Positions 1-8,829 of a stretch of DNA of 64,000 bases are shown one piece after another (positions within the stretch are counted from its first letter, which is position 1; every line of letters begins with the position of its first letter). Source of the DNA: Candidatus Latescibacterota bacterium (GTDB lineage: Bacteria > Latescibacterota > UBA2968 > UBA8231); NCBI GenBank assembly GCA_965203355.1, contig OZ241889.1, forward strand, positions 320,001 through 384,000. Direction: 5' to 3'. Both the position numbers and the translations under genes were made by a program. The notes below the pieces were generated by a model. It worked only from the letters and a program-made list of their open reading frames with translations, ran no database searches and was not told the DNA's origin.

Positions 1-1722
1 GACGTGATCGGCCGCGCGAATGGTCTCCTCGTCGTGCTCCACCACAATGACCGTGTTGCCCACATCGCGCAGGCGGCGGAGCGTCTCTATCATCTTGACG
101 TTGTCTTTGGGATGGAGGCCAATGGAAGGCTCGTCGAGCACGTAGAGCATGCCCATCAGGCCGGAGCCGATCTGCGTAGAAAGGCGAATGCGCTGGGCCT
201 CGCCGCCGGAGAGCGTCCCCGCCCGGCGCGTGAGGCTGAGATAATCCAAGCCAATGCCCATGATGAGATCGAGCCGCAGCACCAACTCGCGTGCGATCTG
301 CTCGCCGGCCTGCTTCCGCTGCACCGGCATGGGAACGCTCTTGAGGAAATCGCGCAGCTCTTGCAGGTGCATCTCGCACAGGTCGTGGATGGTGCGGCCG
401 GCCACGGTGACGAGCAGGCGCGTGGCCTTGAGCCGCGTACCGCCGCAGTCCGGGCAGTCGTATTCGACCATGACCTTGCGCAGGTAGTCCTCCATCCCCG
501 AGTGCGCCACTCCTTGGCGGCGATAGCGGCGGTAGCGGCGATCGATTTGATTGATGATCCCGTCAAAAGAGACCCGACGCCCTTTGTAGCGACCGCCCTC
601 GGTCGCACCCGGCGGCAGCACAATGGTGAAGCGCTCGCCTTTGGTGCCGTAGAACAGCACTTCTACAATGCGGTCGGACAGCTCGGCAAAGGGCGTGTCC
701 AAACCGAAGCCGTAGTGTTGGGCCAAACTGTAAAAGATGCGACCACCCCATCCATTGCGGTCGCAGTTAATCGCCTCGCGCACAAAGGCACCGTCGATAA
801 TGCTCCGGCTCTTGTCGGGTACCAGCAGATCGGGATGGACTTGGAGATAGGTGCCCAAGCCCGAACAAGTGACGCAGGCCGAGAGCGGCTCGTTGAAGGT
901 GAAGTAGCCTTGAGTCAACTCGGCCATGCTGAGGCGGTGTTCGGGGCAACCGAAACCTTCGTAGAAGGCCGCGACCTCTGGAGCGGAGGCCATTTCAGGA
1001 TTAAGCAAGTGGAAGCTGAGAAAGTTCTCGCCCACCACTAGGCCGTGCTCAATAGACGCGAGGAGTTGCTTTTGCAGCTCGCCGCCGAGGACGAAGCGGT
1101 CAATGACCGCCTCAATGTGGAAATTCTCGTTTTCGTCGAGTTCGGGCTCCTCGCTCAGGTCGCATAGCTCGCCGTCGATGCGCACGCGCCGATAGCCCTT
1201 GGTGCGAATGTCGTCAAACAGGAATGCGTAGTCTTCGCCGTAGATCTTATATACTGGCGCGCGGATTTCTACCTCGGCCCCGTCCGGCAGGGACAGCACG
1301 TGTTCGGCCATCTGGTAGGGCGTGCGGTAGGCGATGGGGCGGCGGCAATAGGGGCAGTGGGCTTGGCCCACCGTGGCGTAGAGCATTCGCAGATATTCGT
1401 ACAAATCGGTCATGGTGCCGACGGTTGAGCGCGGATTGTTGAAGATGGTCTTCTGCTCAATGGAAATGACCGGCGAAAGCCCGGTGACAAAATCGACATC
1501 CGGCTTCTTCATCTGCTCGACGAAGCGCTTGGCATAGGTGGACATGGACTCCATGAAGCGCCGCTGGCCTTCGGCGTACACCGTGTCGAAGGCCAGCGAG
1601 GATTTGCCCGAGCCGCTGATGCCGGTGACGACGACCAGTTTATCGCGCGGAATGCTAACGTCGATGTTTTGCAGGTTGTTTTCGCGTGCGCCCTTGATGG
1701 TGATCGCGTCTTTCATTGCCAC
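1..1722 (-). CDS. uvrA: Excinuclease ABC subunit UvrA (3' part runs off the window)
   Basis: Manual minus-strand translation (missing from the ORF track because it is open-ended): (V)[58 protein letters not shown]...NPRSTVGT...HCPYC. GGAGG RBS upstream; start is GTG 1722 or ATG 1716. Confidence 0.96.
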   Translation of the reverse strand, partial: MAMKDAITIKGARENNLQNIDVSIPRDKLVVVTGISGSGKSSLAFDTVYAEGQRRFMESMSTYAKRFVEQMKKPDVDFVTGLSPVISIEQKTIFNNPRSTVGTMTDLYEYLRMLYATVGQAHCPYCRRPIAYRTPYQMAEHVLSLPDGAEVEIRAPVYKIYGEDYAFLFDDIRTKGYRRVRIDGELCDLSEEPELDENENFHIEAVIDRFVLGGELQKQLLASIEHGLVVGENFLSFHLLNPEMASAPEVAAFYEGFGCPEHRLSMAELTQGYFTFNEPLSACVTCSGLGTYLQVHPDLLVPDKSRSIIDGAFVREAINCDRNGWGGRIFYSLAQHYGFGLDTPFAELSDRIVEVLFYGTKGERFTIVLPPGATEGGRYKGRRVSFDGIINQIDRRYRRYRRQGVAHSGMEDYLRKVMVEYDCPDCGGTRLKATRLLVTVAGRTIHDLCEMHLQELRDFLKSVPMPVQRKQAGEQIARELVLRLDLIMGIGLDYLSLTRRAGTLSGGEAQRIRLSTQIGSGLMGMLYVLDEPSIGLHPKDNVKMIETLRRLRDVGNTVIVVEHDEETIRAADHV

Positions 1723-1740
1723 AGCGTGTGTCCTCCTGCG

Positions 1741-2676
1741 TTAGTGCAGGCCCCAATCGGACCCGTCGTCGTAGTGATAGGCTGCTTCCTGTAGCTCTGT
1801 GCGGCTTTTTTCGGTGAGACGCAGCGGCGCTGACATCTTTTGCAACAGGCCCTTTTCAACCAGCCACTCACAAGCGAAGTCCGCGCCTTCCATCTTAAAG
1901 TGTTCCTCTATTTCCGACACCGTGCGCATGGCCTCGGCCTCTTCCAAATAGCCGAGCAGAGGCCGGAACAGATCCCAAAGGTGATCGTCGAGGTAGCTTT
2001 CTACGCGCTGGAGAGCGGCCTGGAGGGTGCGGGCGTTTTTGGGTGCGGCGATGAGATCCGTGTAGATGGCGTTGAAGAACGCGGGATTGAAGGCGAGGGC
2101 TTGATGAATGACCTCGCGGCCCGGGGCCTGGCCGTTGAGTATGCACTCGACGCTGGCGAGCTGATCGGCCACGTTGAGCAGCCACAGGAAGCTATAGTTG
2201 TAGTCCTTCTTCACCTGATACCACTTTTGGGCTTTGGTCAAGGTGGCCAACAGCGGCAGGGCACGCCGCAGCAACTGGTAGTCGCGGTCGCGTGCGCCAA
2301 CGCGCTCGGCGTCTTTGTACCATGCGACAATGGACTCGTCCTTGGAAAATAGGAGGGTGCTGTGGGCAAAGGTAAAGTCGAGCCAACCGCCTTGGCGCGA
2401 GCCTTCTATGTTCAACTGGAAGCGTTTGCGCGGGATGAGATTGGCGTGGATGATGACGCCTTCCTCGGTGAGGCAGTGGTCTTTGTAGCGTCGCACCTTG
2501 GGGTCGTCGGCCATGACGATCCACAAGTCAATGTCGGACTTCTCCCAAACCTGATCGTACGAATAGGAGCCATAGACGATGGCGGCCAAAACCGTGCGGT
2601 CTTGTTGGAGCTTTTGAGTCAAGGCGTCGAGCGCCCGGCGATAGCGTTGTTGGACGGCTTGCTGCGAGCGAGACAT
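1741..2676 (-). CDS. Nucleotidyltransferase-domain protein (Pol-beta/KNTase-like)
   Basis: hG[S]x9DhD motif ([19 protein letters not shown]); directly upstream of uvrA on the same strand. Confidence 0.8.
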   Translation of the reverse strand: MSRSQQAVQQRYRRALDALTQKLQQDRTVLAAIVYGSYSYDQVWEKSDIDLWIVMADDPKVRRYKDHCLTEEGVIIHANLIPRKRFQLNIEGSRQGGWLDFTFAHSTLLFSKDESIVAWYKDAERVGARDRDYQLLRRALPLLATLTKAQKWYQVKKDYNYSFLWLLNVADQLASVECILNGQAPGREVIHQALAFNPAFFNAIYTDLIAAPKNARTLQAALQRVESYLDDHLWDLFRPLLGYLEEAEAMRTVSEIEEHFKMEGADFACEWLVEKGLLQKMSAPLRLTEKSRTELQEAAYHYDDGSDWGLH

Positions 2677-2716
2677 GACATTTCCTGACGAGGCGATTAA
2701 CATGTGAGCGGCCTAA

Positions 2717-2745
2717 AATATACTGAACATACGTGTAGCTGTCAA
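2717..2745 (-). promoter_or_regulatory. Sigma70 promoter with an overlapping putative LexA (SOS) box
   Basis: Minus strand reads TTGACA-17nt-TATATT. The spacer contains the imperfect palindrome CTACACGTATGTTCAG (2723-2738), close to the Myxococcus-type LexA consensus CTRHAMRYBYGTTCAG. Confidence 0.7.
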
Positions 2746-2863
2746 GCTACCGCAAAGCCCAACTGCGTGGCAGATTCCGGGGCGTCCGTGAGCCGCTTAG
2801 AAGCTGTTTTCTGAGCCGCCCGCTGACAAAATTGTTGACAACGAAAATCGCCGCTATATTTTA

Positions 2864-3070
2864 TCCGTGCCTTCATCAAACAGAGTGCCCGCACTACGTC
2901 GGGTTATCTGTTGAATAAAACAGCCTTGTATTCGGCACAGGGTAGCTCCCTGAAGCCCGGCGAATAGGCAGAACTTCTCAATTACTCTGTGAGATGGAGG
3001 CATGGCCCGGCACCTTGCTGGGTCGTTGGCCCTTTATACTTAGCAGAGGAGCGGCGAGCAAGTTCTGATT
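2864..3070 (+). ncRNA. Putative structured leader or antisense-type RNA
   Basis: TTGACA at 2835 with a TA-rich -10 near 2855. 2865-2886 (ccgtgccttcatcaaacagagt) can pair with 2984-3005 (actctgtgagatggaggcatgg). cagaacttctc (~2969) can pair with gagcaagttctg (~3056). No credible ORF. Confidence 0.5.
2988..3020. repeat. Left arm of a 33-bp inverted repeat (partner at 7673-7705)
   Basis: tgtgagatggaggcatggcccggcaccttgctg matches the reverse complement of 7673-7705 at 31/33. Confidence 0.9.
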
Positions 3071-3563
3071 CAACGAATTATCCCCAACATCCCAACGTAA
3101 CTAAGTGTCTTTTCTTGAGCGTTTTTGGGTCTACCTGAAAACGTATATGGAGTTCTCTGATCATCGTATTTTTGGGACTCTGACGATCAGGTGTACGGAC
3201 TTCCAATTGTATCACGGCAGATCAACCTATTGAAAGGGAGGGAAATATTTGCCATGAACAAAATTCTTGTAGTCGTTTGCTTTGTTATAACGCTGTTCTC
3301 GGCGCGAGGTGTCGAAGCCCAGAGCGTCGAGAAGAAGAACTGGGAGATACACATTAAGCTCGGTTCTCAAAGCTACTTAAACGAGCTAAATCCTGACCCC
3401 GGGAGTGCCGCACTAGGTGGCGTCCTCATTGGATATAATCTATCCGATCGATCCATGGTCGGACTACATTCCGCCTCCGCTAGCTACCAGATCCAATATC
3501 TAGACGGAACCACTGACGAAGAATACGTCAACTCCTTTTTACTTCTTTACCGCTATCGCTTTA

Positions 3564-4490
3564 GAAGCGTTTTTAAAATTCATTTTTTTTAGCGATTCGC
3601 TTGAGTATCAAATGGATCATCGCGATTTGGATAAAGGCTTCACTATTGCAAGTTAGGTGCTCGTAGTCTTTGGCATGGACTCGATAGTTGAGTAGCCAAG
3701 CAAACGTTCGTTCGACGACCCAACGACGAGGGAGCACCTCAAAGCCGGAGCCTTGTTTGGATACGACTTCAAGGTCTATTTTGTGCGTTTTTTTTTGAGC
3801 CACCCATTGCCTAAGCGGCGCGCCTTTATAGGCTCCATCCACCCACAGCTTGCGTAACCTTTGTACCGTGGGTGAAAAGTAGGTTTTCAACAAGGTCTTC
3901 AAGCCGTCGGCATCCGAGGTCGAAGCGGCGGTCACCACACATTCAATCAGACGACCCTCGGTGTCGACCAACAGATGGCGTTTGCGTCCTTTAACCTTCT
4001 TGCCGGCATCGTATCCAACACTTTTACCTTGGGTGGCCGTGGTAACGCTCTGCGCGTCCACGATCCCCGCCGACGGGGTCGGTGCCCGGCCGTGCTGGAT
4101 GCGATCCTGCTTGGTTAGGGCGTCGAGTATCTGTGGCCAAACCCCTTGTTGACGCCAGCGATTGAAGTAGCCATACACCGTTTGCCAAGGCCCAAAACAC
4201 CGCGGCAGCATCGGCCAAGGACACCCGGTTTTAGCCCGATACAGCAGCCCATTCATCACCAAACGCACCGCCCGAGGTGGCCGACCCGGACCCCCTTGAC
4301 GCCAACGGCCCCGAGGCAGCAGACGAGCAAGTAACAGCCATTGTGCATCGGTCAAATCCGTCGCATATTCTACACCGGGCGTACCCATATATAACCCCCC
4401 TTTCAGGCTTTGTGATGAAACCTAAAGGTCGGTTCATGGGTACGTCCTTTCAAGGGAAAATCAACTAAAAGTGAATTTTAAAAAGGCTTC
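3564..4490 (-). mobile_element. IS5-family insertion sequence (IS1031-like group), 927 bp
   Basis: Terminal IRs gaagcgtttttaaaattcatttt / aaagtgaattttaaaaaggcttc; 3-bp TTA target duplication at 3561-3563 and 4491-4493. Confidence 0.93.
3573..4388 (-). CDS. IS5-family DDE transposase
   Basis: Y.TDLTDAQW, GIVDAQSV, GYDAGKKVKGRKRH, WVDGAY and RRWVVERTFAWL motifs. Confidence 0.95.
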   Translation of the reverse strand: MGTPGVEYATDLTDAQWLLLARLLPRGRWRQGGPGRPPRAVRLVMNGLLYRAKTGCPWPMLPRCFGPWQTVYGYFNRWRQQGVWPQILDALTKQDRIQHGRAPTPSAGIVDAQSVTTATQGKSVGYDAGKKVKGRKRHLLVDTEGRLIECVVTAASTSDADGLKTLLKTYFSPTVQRLRKLWVDGAYKGAPLRQWVAQKKTHKIDLEVVSKQGSGFEVLPRRWVVERTFAWLLNYRVHAKDYEHLTCNSEAFIQIAMIHLILKRIAKKNEF

Positions 4491-4840
4491 TTAGAGTTCA
4501 AAAAGCACTCAAGCCCTATCTTGAAGCTGGCCTCGGATCAGCTGATCCCATCATCGGCTATGACACAGGCTCCAAGCCCGCTGTTACCTTCGCTCTCGGT
4601 GCGCTATGGCACTTCCATGACAAATGGGCCGTCTCCCTTGAAAGCCGAGGCGTCTCTTGGTCTCAAGACAACACCACTGATGTTGCCGAAGTATTCGGGG
4701 CAGTCGGAGAGTCTATTACCGTAAGTTCCAATGAGTTCACTTTGGGAATTGGATATCTCTTCTAGAACTGTCTAATAACAGCTTCTAGACGCTGGAATGC
4801 TATACTCATTAAGGGTGTATTTATTTGGTTTTCAATAGCA

Positions 4841-5254
4841 ATGAGGTGCAACATGATTTACCTAGTCCTTCTCATATCACTTACTCTGTTAGCGGCCTGC
4901 GACACGGTGAAGCAGCTAGCAGGACAAGTAGTTGTGTCAGTCGAAAATGCAACTGAAATAGACGACTTTGAGATTTATGCACACGGCAAAAGGAGATTCA
5001 GTCTTGATGCAGGAGAGAAGAAATCCTTCTCAGTCAGTGGATCAGGTACAAGTCCTATAAGGATAATTGTAAGACATCAAAGGCTATTCTCCGATGTAGT
5101 CTTTGAGCTTGGAAAATCCGAAGATGGAGATGGTGTAGGGGGCAGTGCAAATTTAGTGATCGCTACCGAAATCAGGTTGGGACAAGAGGTAGTAATCGTA
5201 ACTTGTACGAACTGTAACCGATCTAGTGCAAAGTCTAACCCAATAAGCCATTAA
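4841..5254 (+). CDS. Hypothetical lipoprotein
   Basis: Hydrophobic signal with lipobox LAAC; AT-rich; start may be ATG 4853. Confidence 0.7.
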   Translation: MRCNMIYLVLLISLTLLAACDTVKQLAGQVVVSVENATEIDDFEIYAHGKRRFSLDAGEKKSFSVSGSGTSPIRIIVRHQRLFSDVVFELGKSEDGDGVGGSANLVIATEIRLGQEVVIVTCTNCNRSSAKSNPISH

Positions 5255-5295
5255 CACCTAATAAGTGAAGCGTTTCTTTTTGTAAGGAGTGTAAA

Positions 5296-6303
5296 ATGAA
5301 AAGAATACTATGCCCTATCATCCTCGCAGCTATATTCGCGTGTAGTAGCGAGGATCCAATGTCGGCTCCTATCGCCTCCAAGCTGACTCAGGCCCCCGAG
5401 GACGAGCCCATCGAGTGTGACCTTACCGAGATAGACAGCTTGCGGCAAAACTATGACGAGCAGATCGATGAATTGGAAAGGATCATCGAAGCTTTTGAAA
5501 TCAAAGAGCCAATAAGAGGTCTTGCGGGCACATGGATAGCTACGTCCACGTCAGAGAACAGGAACGCGGTATCCTCCATCATTAATCTCATTCTCGTAGT
5601 GAGATGGCAAAAGAGCAATATCTACGAACGCGAAATTTGGGCGGTGCTGGATGGAAAGACTGTACTCCACGCATTCGGCGAACTACATATCACCAATAGG
5701 GAGGAAAATATCTCTGTTTTCTACGAGAGCTATCAGTATGGGGGGTGGACGAGAGACACGTATGGCGAGCGGCAGTCTCTACCTTATTTATATAGCGAAT
5801 GGAATTACGATACACTCGTTTTTTCTGAAGATTACCTTGAACTGAAGTGGGAAAGGGCTCAATACCAGCGAGTAACCAGTGGCCAAAAGCCGACCCAAGT
5901 CGCTATCGATCCTGTGGGCACCGAGCCGGTACTAGGTCTTGCGGGCACATGGATAGCCACGTCAGAGGACCCCACAGGCAACACTATTGCATTAGCATAC
6001 AAAGAGAACAACATATATGAATACGAAATTTGGTCGGTGGAGGACGGAAAGACTGTCGGCTTACTGTATGGCGAATGGCACATTCTTCGCGAGCAGTCAA
6101 CCAATACTTGGAGCTTCTACAACTACCAACATGGAGGGTCGGTGATGGACACGTACGGCGAGTGGCAGACCGTTCCACGAACTGATTTCGCGAGTCTTGC
6201 CTCCACATTAGTTCTTTCCAACGACCACCTTGATTTAGGGACATCTCAATACCGGCGTGATATGGCTGGAGATCTTCCGACGAACGACGCCGACGGGGCT
6301 TGA
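5296..6303 (+). CDS. Lipoprotein with a coiled coil and two tandem lipocalin-like beta domains
   Basis: AAGGAG RBS; lipobox IFAC; the block GLAGTWIATS...NIYE.EIW.V.DGKTV...GE.HI...DTYGE.Q occurs twice. Confidence 0.8.
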   Translation: MKRILCPIILAAIFACSSEDPMSAPIASKLTQAPEDEPIECDLTEIDSLRQNYDEQIDELERIIEAFEIKEPIRGLAGTWIATSTSENRNAVSSIINLILVVRWQKSNIYEREIWAVLDGKTVLHAFGELHITNREENISVFYESYQYGGWTRDTYGERQSLPYLYSEWNYDTLVFSEDYLELKWERAQYQRVTSGQKPTQVAIDPVGTEPVLGLAGTWIATSEDPTGNTIALAYKENNIYEYEIWSVEDGKTVGLLYGEWHILREQSTNTWSFYNYQHGGSVMDTYGEWQTVPRTDFASLASTLVLSNDHLDLGTSQYRRDMAGDLPTNDADGA

Positions 6304-6402
6304 CCGAAGACGGAAAGGACGATAGCTTGTCTTCGGTTAGGGACCACACCCAACAACATCAACGACTTACTTAACAACACCCAGACAAAGAAGGAGGCGA
6401 CC

Positions 6403-7422
6403 ATGTCGCGAGCTTATGTTGTGAGAACAACGGAATACTCCGGGGAGCCGATTCCCGGCGTTTTTGAGGAACTGCAAGCTGGCCGAGCGAGGATAGGCTG
6501 GTCCTATAGAGATGATCTCGACTTGCGCAAGATTCAGGAAAAGCTCAAACAGGGAAGTCCACTGAATGGAGACGAACAAGCAGCCCAGCGATGCTTGGGA
6601 TTCCTCACTAAACCGGCTTTGGACGACTATCTCCTCTATCCTCATCAGCCAACTAGACGGAAGTTCTGTGTCGTTCAGGTCAAGGGCGAATACGACTATT
6701 CGGCTGCGGAAGACAGCCTCAATGGAGATTTCAGGTCATTCAGACCCTGCTCTCTTATGACATCGAAGCCGGTTGATATGTACGACGAGATCGTACCCTC
6801 TCAACTCCGGCGGAGTCTCGGAATTCAAGGACGCTTTTATGGTATTAGTGATACTAGCCCGTTATCCATCTTTTTAGAGGATCTACCTGAAGCAGGACGC
6901 ACCCAAGGTGATTCAAACCGGACGAGTTTGCTGAGAATCAACAAAGAGCTTCGAGAGAAACTCCCTGACGCGCTCCGCAGGGAATTCAGTAGAGACGATC
7001 TATCTAGGAAATTCTGTCCAGACCTCTTCGATCGAATGGGCTATTCTTATGTTTTGCAGGAAGGCCCTTCCGAATGCGGCTCCGATCTCGTCGTATCTAT
7101 AGGTTCTCCCTTCTTGCTAGATTCGGTTGATATTCGAATTGGCGTACAGGTTTTTGCCTACGAAGGAACCGTTGAAGAATCGGCTCTTCAATGCAAACTG
7201 GACCAGTTACTTAAAGGTTGGGAAACTAACTGTCTTGACTACGGAGTTTTACTCACAACGGGACTATGTAGCGATGAGGCCAAGGAAGCACTAGACAGGC
7301 ACAATAAGAATGATAAGAATGAGCCGAATCGGCTTGTGAACCTAATTGACGGTAACGACCTCGCTGATCTTTTTCTTAAGTACTTCCTACCGGCAGCGGA
7401 TGAGTATCCAAAGGCGAGATAG
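6403..7422 (+). CDS. Mrr-like restriction endonuclease-fold protein
   Basis: AGGAGG RBS; C-terminal GPSECGSDLVV...IGVQV...GVLLTTG...LIDGNDLADLF fits the Mrr catalytic domain layout; N-terminal IGW motif as in predicted modified-DNA reader domains. Confidence 0.7.
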   Translation: MSRAYVVRTTEYSGEPIPGVFEELQAGRARIGWSYRDDLDLRKIQEKLKQGSPLNGDEQAAQRCLGFLTKPALDDYLLYPHQPTRRKFCVVQVKGEYDYSAAEDSLNGDFRSFRPCSLMTSKPVDMYDEIVPSQLRRSLGIQGRFYGISDTSPLSIFLEDLPEAGRTQGDSNRTSLLRINKELREKLPDALRREFSRDDLSRKFCPDLFDRMGYSYVLQEGPSECGSDLVVSIGSPFLLDSVDIRIGVQVFAYEGTVEESALQCKLDQLLKGWETNCLDYGVLLTTGLCSDEAKEALDRHNKNDKNEPNRLVNLIDGNDLADLFLKYFLPAADEYPKAR

Positions 7423-7672
7423 ATAGTGATGTGACGGGAATATCATATCCGAAAATGTATTAAGCCTTTGTCAATGTCGCCTATCTGACGATTATACTCA
7501 GAGGGTTACGAAACCGCTTCTACTCAATTACCGCCCAACACCCAATAGCTCCTATCCCGGTCTGGTAGTCTTGGCCGCAAACCGTCCTTGGCAGAGCTGA
7601 TTCCCTCAAAAAAAATTTCTACCTGCGACGCGATCTGTCGCACCTCTCAGGTAAATTTCCTTTTATCACAAT

Positions 7673-7705
7673 CAGCAGGGTGCCGAGCCATGCCTCCATC
7701 TCACA
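7673..7705. repeat. Right arm of the 33-bp inverted repeat (partner at 2988-3020)
   Basis: cagcagggtgccgagccatgcctccatctcaca; contains an ATG that opens a short ORF MPPSHKFQRALPR... Confidence 0.9.
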
Positions 7706-7744
7706 AATTCCAACGCGCCCTGCCGAGGATTATCTATCGCGTAC

Positions 7745-7880
7745 CGCTTCCGGCTCGGCGGCACTAGCCCCTATCGCGCTGCCGCCGGGCACTTATGCCG
7801 TCCCAGACTAGCTCAAGCCCTGCCTTCCAAGCTCTCGTTGATGCCATCCGCGTGGTATCTTCCGGCGGCATCTGCTGACG
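7745..7880 (+). repeat. Degenerate copy of the upstream region and 5' end of the MetE-like gene (~8762-8985)
   Basis: gcttccggctcggcggcactagcc...caagccctgccttcc...ctcgttgatgccatccgcgtggtat aligns with gcttccgcgctcggcggctctagcc...caagccctgccctcc...ctcgtcgatgccacccgcgtagtat. Confidence 0.75.
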
Positions 7881-7900
7881 TCGTAATAAAGCGGATGAAC

Positions 7901-8290
7901 TTACCGCGTCTTTACATGCGCGTACTGTAGTATTTTTTGATCAACCGTGAGCAGTTCACAGTCGTACTCGCGGGCGGTTGCAACGATGATTTGATCGGCC
8001 GGATCGCGGTGAAATTCACCCGGCAATTTGGTCGCAGTAATGGCAATCCTTGGAGTGAGTTCAATATATTGAATACCGGGTAAGGCCAGTGCTGTGTCCA
8101 TCCATTCCTCAATAGGGCAGGCCAATTTCAGTCTTTTGTATTCCACCAACTTGGCGATCTCCCAGCAAGAAATTGCCGATACCCCAAGACCGGTCGGCCG
8201 CTCTTGCTCAATTACATTCCTATAGTACTCGGTTAGTCGCTCGTTTTCATCGGCCAGCCAGACCCACAGGTGAGTATCCAGAATAATCAC
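7901..8290 (-). CDS. vapC: Type II TA VapC/PIN toxin
   Basis: MIILDTHLWVW...SAISCWEI...HRDPADQIIVATA...LLTVD. Confidence 0.92.
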   Translation of the reverse strand: MIILDTHLWVWLADENERLTEYYRNVIEQERPTGLGVSAISCWEIAKLVEYKRLKLACPIEEWMDTALALPGIQYIELTPRIAITATKLPGEFHRDPADQIIVATAREYDCELLTVDQKILQYAHVKTR

Positions 8291-8505
8291 TTTAATAGTT
8301 CCCAGTCATCTTCAGCGACAGGCTCCGTCGGCTCCACATATTCAATGACTTTGCCGCGCAGCGGCGAAGGTGTCACAGAGTGGAGGCCGGTTCCATACGA
8401 CAATATAATTACTTCTACCTTGTCTCCTTCTTTAAAAGGAAGAGCACTCAGCTTTAGTTCTCCGTTTGCGGCGATCTGTTTCTCGACGCGATAGGCTTTC
8501 ATCAC
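8287..8505 (-). CDS. Cognate small antitoxin
   Basis: 72 aa, overlaps the vapC start; LPFKEGDKVEVII...PLRGKVIEYVEPTEPVAEDDW. Confidence 0.8.
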   Translation of the reverse strand: MMKAYRVEKQIAANGELKLSALPFKEGDKVEVIILSYGTGLHSVTPSPLRGKVIEYVEPTEPVAEDDWELLK

Positions 8506-8694
8506 TCAGCTAACTCCTCTCGGATCACTTTACGCAAGGTTTCCTCTAAGACAATCCTGAACTTGGATATATTGACGCAATGCCTCGTTGATCAAGGTCT
8601 GGTAATCGTCAAAGACTCCGACAGCATCGGCAAAGTCGATTCCATGTTTTTGCAGATTGAATCGAGCTTTGGCGGCGTCCCACTGATAATCCAT
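8502..8694 (-). pseudogene. Fused brnT-brnA remnant (internal deletion)
   Basis: Manual translation: MDYQWDAAKARFNLQKHGIDFADAVGVFDD (BrnT N-terminus) joined to YQTLINEALRQYIQ and, after a frameshift, LEETLRKVIREELAE* (BrnA C-terminus). Confidence 0.8.
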
Positions 8695-8829
8695 CTTTTA
8701 ATTTATGCACAAATGATGCACAATCAAAGAGTTCACCCTTCAGCTTTTGGGTATAAGACTCCGGCTTCCGCGCTCGGCGGCTCTAGCCTCTGTTGCGCTG
8801 CCGCCACCGAACACTTATCGTAGCCAGCC

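Larger units (their letters stand above)
3254..4765 (+). pseudogene. Outer-membrane beta-barrel protein interrupted by an IS5-family element
   Basis: Signal peptide MNKILVVVCFVITLFSARGVEA. Removing 3564-4493 restores the frame ...YRYRF-RVQKALKPYLEAGLG...NEFTLGIGYLF*, ending in a beta-signal with terminal Phe. Confidence 0.9.

Noticed and set aside
4-1041. 345-aa plus-strand ORF
   Set aside because: Antisense shadow of uvrA. The same applies to most overlapping ORFs in the GC-rich core, e.g. 8815-9582, 21227-22432, 23482-24375 and 56428-57291.
3190-7560. Integron cassette array
   Set aside because: Same-strand AT-rich genes and some cccaac/ttaac motifs are suggestive, but I found no paired RYYYAAC...GTTRRRY attC hairpins and no integrase.
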